Assembly: GCA_963820525.1 (NCBI GenBank) | Contig: CAWGAA010000003.1 | Location: 64,001-128,000, forward strand | Reading direction: 5' to 3' | Source of the DNA: an uncultured Spirochaetota bacterium | GTDB lineage: Bacteria > Spirochaetota > Spirochaetia > SZUA-6 > Fen-1364 | DNA: 64,000 bases | Shown: piece after piece, positions 1 to 9,016 of the stretch | How positions within the stretch are numbered: the stretch's first letter is position 1 | How the letters are laid out: every line of letters starts with the position of its first letter | Position numbers and translations under genes: made by a program | Notes under the pieces: generated by a model | What the model saw: only the letters and a program-made list of their open reading frames with translations | What the model was told of the DNA's origin: nothing | The model's database searches: none

Positions 1-366
1 TCCGCGAATAAGCACAGTGCCGTATCTCGATCCCTCCGCGAGAAAAAGCTTTTTCTGCCGCGCGTCGGAGAGGCAGGCGCACAGGTTACTCAGCCGGATG
101 GCGGGGATGGCTGCGGCGGTGTAGTGCTCGAAGTGCTTGTCCAGCCTGTCCCGCGCGGCCGCCCGAGACTGCTGCATGCTGAAAGGGGGCGAATCAGTGA
201 AAACCGCGAGCGGCGAATTGCCCTTCGACGCAAGCTCCACGAGGAGGTTTTCCAGAGCGAGAGTCGTGAATCGTTCATCCGCGTTTCCCACACAGAACAA
301 GGCGTGCGTTCCCCGCGGGGACTGCTGCCCCGCCCCCGGTGCGGGCCGCTCTGACGAGCCGCTCAT
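1..366 (-). CDS. Partial hypothetical protein running off the left edge, translationally coupled to the HD-GYP gene
   Basis: ATG at 366-364 overlaps the TGA of the upstream gene (ATGA). Open frame to base 1: MSGSSERPAPGAGQQSPRGTHALFCVGNADERFTTLALENLLVELASKG... Absent from the ORF track because there is no stop in the window. Confidence 0.6.
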   Translation of the reverse strand, partial: MSGSSERPAPGAGQQSPRGTHALFCVGNADERFTTLALENLLVELASKGNSPLAVFTDSPPFSMQQSRAAARDRLDKHFEHYTAAAIPAIRLSNLCACLSDARQKKLFLAEGSRYGTVLIRG

Positions 367-2477
367 GCCGACCCTCCCGAGCGGCGCATCGCCTCGGCGA
401 GGGCGTCGATGTGCTCCTTATCGAATTTGCGGCCGACCCCATCCCTGATCACCGCGATCGCCGCCTCGTAACTGAGCTTCTCCCGATAAGGCCTGGCGCT
501 TGTGAGCGCCACGTAGGTCTCCGCCACCCCAATGAGCTTGGCGAATAGGGGGATCTTCGGCCCCTTCAGGCCTTTCGGATATCCCGAGCCGTCGTTGCGT
601 TCATGGTGGTAGAGGATGCCGTCCTTGAACTCCTCCGGCATCTTCATCCCTTTGAAATATTCCACGCCCTTCTTCGTGTGGCTGCGTATGAACTCGAAAT
701 CTTCCTCTGTCAGCACCGGTTTGCCGAGGATGCGCACAAGCCTGTCGGGGTCCAGAAGCAGGTAGCCCGCATCGTGGGCCAGGGCGGATTTGTAGAGAAG
801 CTCGGCGTCCGCGGTGGACAAGCCGAGCCCCCGGGCCATGCCCCGGGCGACTCTCGCCGTGACCGTCGAGCGTTCCCGGTCCTTAAGGATTTTTCTCAGA
901 TTCTCCGTGATCTCCATGAGCTTCGGAAGACCGAGCGGGGAATCGTCGGCCTCCTGCGTGGCCCCCTGGCCAAGCATGGGGAGGAGAGCCCTTCCCTCGC
1001 GGGGCCTACCCGCCAGCGTCTCGCGCACAAGACTCTCGGCCTTCTCTCTGAGGTAATCGTCATGCTCGGTCAGGAAAGGAAAAAGCACGGGCAGGATGGC
1101 GCGGGGGTCGCTGCCGTCCTCCTCCATGATTCTGTTCTCGACCACCTTGAGGATCTCTATCCTGAGGTCTTTCTCCAGCTCGCCGATGTACTCGCGAACT
1201 GTTTCCCACTTCAGGCTCCCCTGCTTCATCTGCTCGTGCATCCGCCTGATTCTCTCCGCCCGCATGAGATCACGGTACATCCCGGCGTCCCCCCCGGAAG
1301 GCGCCGTTTCGGCTGGTTTTTCAGTCTCCGGGTAAAATTCGAGCAGCATCGATTCGCCCACGGCTGCACGGCCCCGCTCCTGTTTTTCGGCCTCGCCGCC
1401 GAATGACATCGCCGGATACGCCAGGGCGGTCTCCCTCGAGCCCAGCACGCGCCTGCGGCGGAGCTGGGCGCGCACGATCAGTAGAATAAACAAAATCACG
1501 AGAAGGGTGACTATTCCCAAGCCGCCGAAGAGGAAGAGATTACGCGCCGAGAGCGTCTGGAACTGAAGCTGGTAGAGCTTATTCTGCTCCGCGAGTTGAT
1601 CGGCGAGATACTTCGTGCCCTCCTGGCTCGCGGCGCCCTGCATGTCTATGTTTTTCTGGTAGAGCTGGAGAAGCTCGGTGAGCGCTTTTGCGTCCCTGCT
1701 GGCCGTCTGGTCGTTGTTTTGGACCCGCTGGTTCAGCTGTTCGATCATCGTTCTATACCGTTCCATGTCCATCTTCAGCGCCTGACTCTCGCCCTGGGCC
1801 GCGAGCGCGGACGCTCGAATGGCTTCCAGTTGCCGCTCGGCTTCCTCTTTCTGCCGCTCCAGCTCGGTCTTGAGGGCGGCGCTCTCCTGGGTGGCGGTGG
1901 ACGTCGACGCGCGGAGGGCCGCCAATTCCTGCTCGGTTTTCTCCAGTTTATCAAGGGCCTCCTTGTAGACAGCGGAGCCCTCCACCAGCGCGGGCGTGGC
2001 GCCACCGACTGTCGTTCCCCCCGTGGCCGTTCCTCCGGCAGCCGTGCTCCCCGCCGTCTCCGTCCCGCCGCCCGTCGCTCCCGCGCCTTGCGTCGTGGGA
2101 GCTTTCTGCGCCGCTTCATCCGCCTCGTTCTTCAAGGCATTGATATTCATCTCGGCTTTCATTTGCCAGAAATACTTTGAAGCGATCTGGTTTGTCGGCG
2201 AGAGCTTCACCGCGTTCTTGAAACACTCGTAGGCGTTCTTGAAATTACGCCGACTGTACTCTTTCGCTCCGATGTCCGCGTACGCGTCGGCCAATGATCT
2301 TTTCGCTGTCGTGTTGGTCGGGCCGCTCGACAGGGCAACACCGAGGGTCTTCAGGGCGTCCGCCGCGTTTCCCGCCGCGTACTCGGACTGCGCCTGCTTG
2401 ATGAGATCGTCCAGACCGGCTGCGGAAAGACCGACGACGGCCAGGAAGAGTAGGAGCGAAACGGCCGATTTCTTCAT
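363..2477 (-). CDS. Membrane protein: signal peptide, TPR, coiled coil, TM helix, cytoplasmic HD-GYP domain (degenerate)
   Basis: Start MKKSAVSLLLFLAVVGLSAA after an AGGAGA RBS. TPR-like AYADIGAKEYSRRNFKNAYECFKNAVKLSP; TM FLFGGLGIVTLLVILFILLIV; HD-GYP motifs LAHDAG, HHERNDGSGYPKGL, RPYR. Confidence 0.85.
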   Translation of the reverse strand: MKKSAVSLLLFLAVVGLSAAGLDDLIKQAQSEYAAGNAADALKTLGVALSSGPTNTTAKRSLADAYADIGAKEYSRRNFKNAYECFKNAVKLSPTNQIASKYFWQMKAEMNINALKNEADEAAQKAPTTQGAGATGGGTETAGSTAAGGTATGGTTVGGATPALVEGSAVYKEALDKLEKTEQELAALRASTSTATQESAALKTELERQKEEAERQLEAIRASALAAQGESQALKMDMERYRTMIEQLNQRVQNNDQTASRDAKALTELLQLYQKNIDMQGAASQEGTKYLADQLAEQNKLYQLQFQTLSARNLFLFGGLGIVTLLVILFILLIVRAQLRRRRVLGSRETALAYPAMSFGGEAEKQERGRAAVGESMLLEFYPETEKPAETAPSGGDAGMYRDLMRAERIRRMHEQMKQGSLKWETVREYIGELEKDLRIEILKVVENRIMEEDGSDPRAILPVLFPFLTEHDDYLREKAESLVRETLAGRPREGRALLPMLGQGATQEADDSPLGLPKLMEITENLRKILKDRERSTVTARVARGMARGLGLSTADAELLYKSALAHDAGYLLLDPDRLVRILGKPVLTEEDFEFIRSHTKKGVEYFKGMKMPEEFKDGILYHHERNDGSGYPKGLKGPKIPLFAKLIGVAETYVALTSARPYREKLSYEAAIAVIRDGVGRKFDKEHIDALAEAMRRSGGSA

Positions 2478-2497
2478 GGCTACATTTCTCCTTCTGC

Positions 2498-5400
2498 CTA
2501 CGGCCTGTACGTGACCGCGACGTGGCCGTAGCGGCCGGCGGGCATGCTCGCGAGCGTGGTCCATGTGCCGGGAGTCGCGGGAGGGGGGAGCGAGGTCAGG
2601 TTGCAGAGGTTGCTCAGATCGAACGAGTACACATTGTTCACGCCGCTGGCGGAGGCCAACAAAGTTGAAGTGCCGCCGAAAACGTACATGATCGATCCTG
2701 AAAGGGCGGCGGAGCTGAACCCATACGATTGGGGAAAGACGCCGGTGGTGCCGCCGTTCGCCCAGACGGCCGTGCCGGTGAATGGATAGTACAGGAACTG
2801 AAATACATTGGTCGGCGTGCTTGTTGCGCCCATTCCATTGACGATGAAGCACTGGGGGGTTCCCGAAAGGGCGGTGAATCCCCCGACGATCGCCATGATC
2901 GTGGGACCCGAGGTCGGCGTATATATCACGCCGGATATACCGGTTCGGGCAAGGGCGGTATATGGCGTAACGCCTATATTCAAGACGACTTCCTGGCCCG
3001 CCGTGAGGCCTCCCGTGGTGGGGGGACTTGAGACGGCAAGTCCGTCATGCGTGGAGGCCGGCGTGGCTGCGGCCGTGCGCCCGCCGAAATTATAGATGAC
3101 GTCGCCGTACGCGAGTGCGAAGCGTTCTGACCCGGCTGCGCCGAATGCGACCTTCCCGGTATACCAACTGCCGGCTGCGCCGGAAACGGGCGTGTACTCG
3201 TATGTGGTAGTCGTGGCCGCGCCCGCCCATGCCACGCCGGCTGCGCCCGTGGTTCCGCCCAATACGTAGATTCTATTGTTCACTACAACCGCGTGGATGT
3301 TCGCCTTTGCGACGGGCATCTGGGCCGGCACGGGGCTGGTCTGCCATGAATTGGCTGCTATATTATAGATCTGCACCGAGCTGAGAACGGCGCCGCTTGA
3401 ATTGAATCCGCCGATCACGTAGATGTTCCCTCCCAATGAGCACGCCGCGGCGAAACTCACGGGAGTGGGCAAGGTAGTGACGGCTTGATACCAGGTATCG
3501 ATTACCGGATCGTACAGATCGACATTGGCGACAACCGAACCGATGAGATTCGTCGAGAGCCCGCCGATCATCCATATCCCGCGCTGTTTCTTCGCCAAGG
3601 TGGGTTCCGCCTCGGTCGGGGTGAACGAGTTTTCGGCGCTCACCACGAAGGGCAGGGTCGCGCTGTAATTCTTCACCCTGTAATAGTAGACTTGGTTGCT
3701 CGTCAGCCCCGAAAGGGTGACCGAGTGCGAGGTGCCGGCGGTCTGCGACTGGATCGTAGAATACGCGTAGGTGCCTGACCCGGCGTGGGACACTGTGTCG
3801 TACTCCACGAGGTGGGTCGTGGCTACGTTCGTCGTCCAGGTGATGTCGGCCGTGGTCGATGATGTGGGTGTCGCCGTGAGAAGCGTCACAGCTATCGCGA
3901 TGGTTGTGGTGAAGGTGTACCCGCTGTCCACCTTCGCCGGTCCCGTGCCCACGAAATTCCTGAGTTGGTAGGAATATTGGGTCGACGGGCTGAGCCCGGA
4001 CAGGGTGATCGTGTGCGAAGTGGTAGGCGTGGTGGATTGCAGCGTGGCGTACGTGTAGGTACCGGGGATGGTGCCGTACTCGACAAGGTGGGTGGCGGCG
4101 ACGTTCGTCGTCCATGCGATGTTCGCAGTCGTCGCCGCCGGCGTCGCGGTAGGCCCCGCGGAGACGGTGATGGCGGGCGTCGTGAAGGAGCTCTCGGTGC
4201 TCACGGAGTCGGGCATGGATGGATTGAAATTCCATACCCGGTAGTAGTACTTGGTTGATTCCGAGAGTCCGGAGAGGGTAACGGAGTGGGATGTCGCGGC
4301 CGTCTGTGAAACCGCGGTCGCGTACGCGTAGGTTCCGGTCGCGGTGCCGTATTCCACGAAGTGGGTGGTGGCCACGTCCGTGGTCCAGCTGATCGTGGCC
4401 GCGCTGGGCGACGTGGGTGTCGCCGTGAGGAGCGTCACCCCTATTTGGACAACGGCCGTCGTGGTGAACGAATAGGGGCCGTCCACCTTCGCCGGTCCCG
4501 CGCCCACGAAGTTCCTGAGCCTGTAAAAATATTGGGTCGACGGACTGAGCCCGGACAGGGTGATCGTATGCGAAGTCGCGGCGGCCCCCGACGAGTACGC
4601 GGAATATTCATAGGTACCGGAGACGGTACCGAAATCCACCACGGCCGTCGTGGCGACGTTCGTCGTCCATGAGATGTCCGCCGTCGTTTCCGACGGCGTT
4701 GCGGTAGGCCCGCCGGTGACGGTGATCGTGTTCGTCGTGAAGGATCTCTCGGTGCTCACGGAGTCGGGCATGGACGGGTTGAAATTCCTCACTCTGTAGT
4801 AATACACGGTGGATTCCGCGAGCCCGGAGAGGGTCACGGAGTGGGACGTATTGGCCGTCGGCGAAAGTACGGTCGCGTACGCGTAGGTGCCGGACACGGT
4901 GCCGTATTCCACGAAGTGGGTGGTGGCCACGTCCGTGGTCCAGGTGATATCGGCCGTGGTCGGCGATGTGGGTGTCGCCGTGAGGAGCGTCACCTGGATC
5001 ACCGGCGTAGCCGTGGTTGCGAACGAGCCCTCCGCACTCAACGTGGCGGGCATCGTCGTGTGGAAATTCCGAACCCGATAGTAGTACGTGGTCGATGCAG
5101 CAAGCCCCGTCAGGGGGACGGAGTGGGAGGTGTCGGCGGTCAGTGACTGGATCGTTGAAAGGTCGAGGCTGCCGGAAGTCGTGCCGTATTCCACGAGGTG
5201 CGTTGTCGGCACGTCCGTGATCCAGGCGACATTGGCCGTCGTTTGCGATGAGGTCGCCGCGAGCCCCGTCACTTGGATTCCCGGGAATGCAATCGTGGTG
5301 AACGTGTTCTCCGCGCTCTTCGAAGCCGACATCTCGGCGTCGATGTTGGTCACCCGATAGTAGTACTGGGTAGATGCCGTGAGTCCCGACAGGGTGACGG

Positions 5401-5644
5401 AATGTGAGGTGTCGGGGGTCTGCGACTGGGCCGTCGCATTGGAATACGCTCCCGAGACCGTTCCATATTCCACGAAATGGGTGGTCGGTTTCTCCGTGGT
5501 CCACGCGATAGTCGCACCCGTTTGCGAGGCCGTCACCGAAAGCCCCGTAATGACGACCGACTTCGTGCCCGGCGGAGTCTCAAGCAGCGACCCGTTGCAT
5601 GAGGCGAGCGCGACCGTCAACGCCATATACAGGAAAGGCTTCAT
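2498..5644 (-). CDS. Large lipoprotein with seven tandem fibronectin type III-like repeats and a C-terminal Kelch-repeat propeller
   Basis: Lipobox LASC. Seven ~90-aa repeats (W-T-T...VEYGT...SHSVTLSGL...YYYRV). Kelch motifs IYVIGG, IYVLGG, IYNFGG, MYVFGG. Confidence 0.85.
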   Translation of the reverse strand: MKPFLYMALTVALASCNGSLLETPPGTKSVVITGLSVTASQTGATIAWTTEKPTTHFVEYGTVSGAYSNATAQSQTPDTSHSVTLSGLTASTQYYYRVTNIDAEMSASKSAENTFTTIAFPGIQVTGLAATSSQTTANVAWITDVPTTHLVEYGTTSGSLDLSTIQSLTADTSHSVPLTGLAASTTYYYRVRNFHTTMPATLSAEGSFATTATPVIQVTLLTATPTSPTTADITWTTDVATTHFVEYGTVSGTYAYATVLSPTANTSHSVTLSGLAESTVYYYRVRNFNPSMPDSVSTERSFTTNTITVTGGPTATPSETTADISWTTNVATTAVVDFGTVSGTYEYSAYSSGAAATSHTITLSGLSPSTQYFYRLRNFVGAGPAKVDGPYSFTTTAVVQIGVTLLTATPTSPSAATISWTTDVATTHFVEYGTATGTYAYATAVSQTAATSHSVTLSGLSESTKYYYRVWNFNPSMPDSVSTESSFTTPAITVSAGPTATPAATTANIAWTTNVAATHLVEYGTIPGTYTYATLQSTTPTTSHTITLSGLSPSTQYSYQLRNFVGTGPAKVDSGYTFTTTIAIAVTLLTATPTSSTTADITWTTNVATTHLVEYDTVSHAGSGTYAYSTIQSQTAGTSHSVTLSGLTSNQVYYYRVKNYSATLPFVVSAENSFTPTEAEPTLAKKQRGIWMIGGLSTNLIGSVVANVDLYDPVIDTWYQAVTTLPTPVSFAAACSLGGNIYVIGGFNSSGAVLSSVQIYNIAANSWQTSPVPAQMPVAKANIHAVVVNNRIYVLGGTTGAAGVAWAGAATTTTYEYTPVSGAAGSWYTGKVAFGAAGSERFALAYGDVIYNFGGRTAAATPASTHDGLAVSSPPTTGGLTAGQEVVLNIGVTPYTALARTGISGVIYTPTSGPTIMAIVGGFTALSGTPQCFIVNGMGATSTPTNVFQFLYYPFTGTAVWANGGTTGVFPQSYGFSSAALSGSIMYVFGGTSTLLASASGVNNVYSFDLSNLCNLTSLPPPATPGTWTTLASMPAGRYGHVAVTYRP
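3620..5560 (-). repeat. Intragenic tandem repeats encoding the seven FN3 units
   Basis: Recurrent DNA blocks such as gtgggtgtcgccgtgag, ctctcggtgctcacggagtcgggcatgga and gtccaccttcgccggtcccg; boundaries approximate. Confidence 0.8.
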
Positions 5645-5675
5645 GAATGATTTCCCTTTCACGGCTCCCTCCGTT

Positions 5676-6560
5676 TCAGAAGCTGTAGGCCGCGCCGATC
5701 GAAACCGACGGCAGGTGAAGCAAAGTACTTGTCTGTTGCACCGCGAGCCATCTTCCGCCGAGTCGGATCAGCAGGCGCGAGCTCAGATAGAAATCCAATC
5801 CCAGGTTCGCGCTGTAGACGAGATCGATCTCACCCCTCGAGGAGCCCGCCGCCTGGTCGCTCACCCCAATATACGCGATACCCGCGCCAAGGCCGAACCA
5901 GGGAACGAGATTCTTGATGACGGGTAGGGATGAAGACCAAAAACCGAGGTAACGGTAGATCGGGCAGGCGGTGGCCGTGGTGACGCTGTAGGAGAGGTTC
6001 CGGCCGGCGAGATAGGGCACAAAGAACTGCGAAATATCGAGACCCGCGAACAGCCCTCTGACGATTGGGAGGTTGACCTCCGCGAATGCGGAAGCCAAGA
6101 AGCCCGGACCGAACGACGCGCCAAGCGGACCAACGGTCAGATCGTACCCTCCGGTAAGCCCTACGTGGATGGGGAACCCGTAGTAGAGATTTCGCTGCGC
6201 CGGGTCCTGAATTCTGCGAATGCTGTCCGACGGAATGGTGAGCTCGCCGAAATCGAGATCGACGAAAAGCCCTATATCGGGGTCGAAATTCTTCACCTTG
6301 CCGCGTATGACGGAGCCGTCATTAAGGATGATCTCCACGGGCTGGACGCTGAGGGCGCTGTAGTCGGTCTCCATTTTAATCAACGCAGTGGAGGTCAATC
6401 GAATGGTTTTTCCGAACACATCGAGCGTGACGAACCCCCCCTCCGCGGAAGCCACCTGCCCCAGGAATATCGTGCCGTCTTCCGTGCGTATCACGTCGCT
6501 GAATGCAGGAGCGGTGATTCTGCAAACGATGATCAGGAGAAAGAGAACGCGGTTTCTCAT
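5676..6560 (-). CDS. Predicted outer-membrane beta-barrel protein with two short N-terminal beta-repeat domains
   Basis: Signal peptide; two repeats (DVIRTEDGTIFLGQV / EIILNDGSVIRGKV); amphipathic beta strands; C-terminal beta-signal SIGAAYSF. Confidence 0.7.
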   Translation of the reverse strand: MRNRVLFLLIIVCRITAPAFSDVIRTEDGTIFLGQVASAEGGFVTLDVFGKTIRLTSTALIKMETDYSALSVQPVEIILNDGSVIRGKVKNFDPDIGLFVDLDFGELTIPSDSIRRIQDPAQRNLYYGFPIHVGLTGGYDLTVGPLGASFGPGFLASAFAEVNLPIVRGLFAGLDISQFFVPYLAGRNLSYSVTTATACPIYRYLGFWSSSLPVIKNLVPWFGLGAGIAYIGVSDQAAGSSRGEIDLVYSANLGLDFYLSSRLLIRLGGRWLAVQQTSTLLHLPSVSIGAAYSF

Positions 6561-6893
6561 TCAAAAGCCTCCCGGAATATCCGTTTCGCGAAAATAAAGT
6601 TACCTCTTGAACTTTCGGGGCCGAGAATGAGCGCGCGGCGGGCGGATCGTAGGATACGGCCATATCCTTGACGGCGAGGCGCTTTGAGCGCGGTCAAGAG
6701 TTTTGCAACGCACTCTTTTCCTTTAACGGCTATCATATAACCACCTCTGCCGGCCTTCTCCTAAAGGACTGCTCCTTGGCGGCGGCCATGAAAAAACAGC
6801 ATTGGAATCACCTAGCCGCCATATGCCTCAGTTTACAATTATATGCGTGTGACGCGCGGAATGCAATAAACGCGCGCCTTCTCTCCCCCTGGC

Positions 6894-7163
6894 TTACACT
6901 GAGCTGATCGAGATCTCCCGGCTCTTCAACCCGGAGCCCGGGATCACGAGTCTCCGGACACCTGAGTCCGTCCGTGCCCGAATCGATTCCGGATTAAGGA
7001 TGAGGCGATCGTGATCCCCCAGTAGGAAGAGCGCCCTCTCCCTCATTACGGCAAACTCTTCCGATTCGAACGCCCTTCTTCGGTGAACCATCAAGGACCG
7101 ATCGTTGAAATGCTTCAACAACATGAACCAAAGATCGAACAGCAGGGGATTGTCCAAAAGCAC
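6894..7163 (-). pseudogene. Possible remnant of an alpha/beta-hydrolase C-terminus
   Basis: LFLLGDHDRLI...RLVIPGSG resembles the acid-loop region of alpha/beta hydrolases; short, with no N-terminal core. Confidence 0.25.
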
Positions 7164-7380
7164 ACTTCCTGGAGGGGAAGAGGGCTTCCGGCAGGAATGT
7201 CGTTATCATCCTCCAGAACGATTGATAGTAACTACTCTAGTGTCCTCTGCGGGTTATTGCCAAGTGGTGAGGCCGCGAGGCGGCAAAAAACGGGTCTTGC
7301 AAGGGACATGCGGGAAATCCTTCGCGAGGAGGGGCTCCCGGGCGCGTGAGGCCCACTCCCTGCCCTCCCATTCGCGCTTT

Positions 7381-8052
7381 TCAGTCTTCTTCCGGCTCTT
7401 CCAGGTCGCTCGCTTCGATGGCAACGCTCTGCTCGTCCCCGGTCTTCGGGTCAATCGTGAGGTCGAACGTGTACTGGTCCATATCCTCGTCGGCGGACAT
7501 GACGTTGTACTTCACCTTCGCGTCCCCGATGGGTACCAGGACGGTGTACGACTCTCCCGCGCTCAGGATCGTGTCCTCGTCCAGAAGATCCACCCCCCAC
7601 GCGTCGGAATCCGAGGGGGACATGAAGAGGTAGTACATGTCGTAGTCCGTCTTGTTTTCGATCTGGAGCTTCACGAACGTGAAATCCTTGGGGGAGCTTT
7701 TCAGGTTTTTCCTGGTGAAGGTGATGATGCCTTCCTTGCCGTCGGTGAGCGTGAAATCGTACAGCTCGAAGACGTTCCCCGCCTCGTCCGTCGCCATGAT
7801 GTCGAACTTGAACGAGGAGCCGGGATAGTGGACGACGTATCCGATGGATTTCCCGTCGCCGAGATGGTACTCCGCCCCCACGATATCGGGCCCCCACTCC
7901 TCGCTGTCCGACGGGGAAAGGAATATGGTCTGGATGTTCTTTCCCGTCGCGTTCTTGAACTCGATGCGGTTGAGCTCTTCCGGATCGAAAGCGAACAGGA
8001 TCGCGAAACCTGCCAATAAGAAAGAAAGCGAAAGCACGTTCCTCTTCGACAT
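7381..8052 (-). CDS. Exported hypothetical protein with a duplicated ~100-aa acidic domain
   Basis: Signal peptide; repeats NATGKNIQTIFLSPSDSEEWGPDIV and NKTDYDMYYLFMSPSDSDAWGVDLL. Confidence 0.75.
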   Translation of the reverse strand: MSKRNVLSLSFLLAGFAILFAFDPEELNRIEFKNATGKNIQTIFLSPSDSEEWGPDIVGAEYHLGDGKSIGYVVHYPGSSFKFDIMATDEAGNVFELYDFTLTDGKEGIITFTRKNLKSSPKDFTFVKLQIENKTDYDMYYLFMSPSDSDAWGVDLLDEDTILSAGESYTVLVPIGDAKVKYNVMSADEDMDQYTFDLTIDPKTGDEQSVAIEASDLEEPEED

Positions 8053-8209
8053 CGCCCGTCCCCCCTCGTATCCGTCTACTATAGCCCACGAGAATCACGG
8101 TTTCAATGTTTCGATCGGGCCCGTCTCTGGCTGAAGGCGCTACCGCGAGGGAGATGATGACGAAGGGGCCGCGGACTTCGGTCCGCGGAGAGCACCTCCC
8201 GTGCAAACC

Positions 8210-9016
8210 CTAGAAGCTCTTAAGCGAGCCGGGCGGGAAATCCCACTCCGGTGTTCGAAGCCCTGTGCCGCCGGGATTGCGGTACCAGGGGTTGATCGGC
8301 TCGTCGCTCTTCAGAATCTGGATTTCCTGGGCCGGCATGTAGCTCTGGGCGAGCAGGAAAATCTTCCCAGTAACGCGCGGACTTTCGGCCACATCCACTA
8401 CGATGACGGCATGTCCTGGGCTGCCGCCCTGGATGAAGATGTCTCCGATGGCGATTTCTTCAACGCTCTTTCTTGAGAGCTGGCGCGAAAGCGACAGGGT
8501 ACCGGCATAGCCATAGATGAACAGCAGGTACTCCTCGAACACCGGCCGGGAGACTCCCCGCCTGCCGGTCCGTACCCACCGCACGCTGTTGTTCTTCACC
8601 CTGGGCCTGTACCCATCCATCCACCGCGAGAAGGGGGCATCCATTCCGTTGGTAATGGAAAAGCTTATCTCGCTGTATCGCTTTGCGGAATAGAGCCATT
8701 CACCCCTCAGCTTCATGATGGCATCTGCGCACTGAAGCAGGTCCATGTCCCCGACCGGCAAATCCACCACGGATTCGTAGACGTCACGAGTCTTAATGCG
8801 CCCGTCGAAGTAGTGGACCTTCTCTCCATACTTCTTCAAAGGAAGGTTTCTCAGATACTCGGCAAAGCTCCCGCTCTCCACCGCGCGCCTCGAGAACCCG
8901 TCCGGAGCGCGGAAGCGCGCCCCGACGGTCATGCCCGAAGGATCGATGAGGCTGCTCTGGGCACATGCGTCGAGAGCGGCGAGACAGAGGAGAACCGGGA
9001 GCAAGACCGATTTCAT
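8210..9016 (-). CDS. DUF4846-like exported protein
   Basis: Motifs SFAEYLRNLPLK, DLLQCADAIMKLRGE, YAGTLSL, GGSPGHAVIVVD, LLAQSYMPAQEI. Confidence 0.8.
   Translation of the reverse strand: MKSVLLPVLLCLAALDACAQSSLIDPSGMTVGARFRAPDGFSRRAVESGSFAEYLRNLPLKKYGEKVHYFDGRIKTRDVYESVVDLPVGDMDLLQCADAIMKLRGEWLYSAKRYSEISFSITNGMDAPFSRWMDGYRPRVKNNSVRWVRTGRRGVSRPVFEEYLLFIYGYAGTLSLSRQLSRKSVEEIAIGDIFIQGGSPGHAVIVVDVAESPRVTGKIFLLAQSYMPAQEIQILKSDEPINPWYRNPGGTGLRTPEWDFPPGSLKSF

Noticed and set aside
2478..2852. N-terminal extension of the 829-aa ORF
   Set aside because: Overlaps the Kelch gene in another frame; RBS and signal peptide support ATG 2477. The same reasoning trims ORFs 24132, 25920, 46850, 47793 and 58896.
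2498..5644. Diversity-generating retroelement target
   Set aside because: Repeats are in-frame domain duplications without evident adenine-specific differences; no reverse transcriptase in the window.
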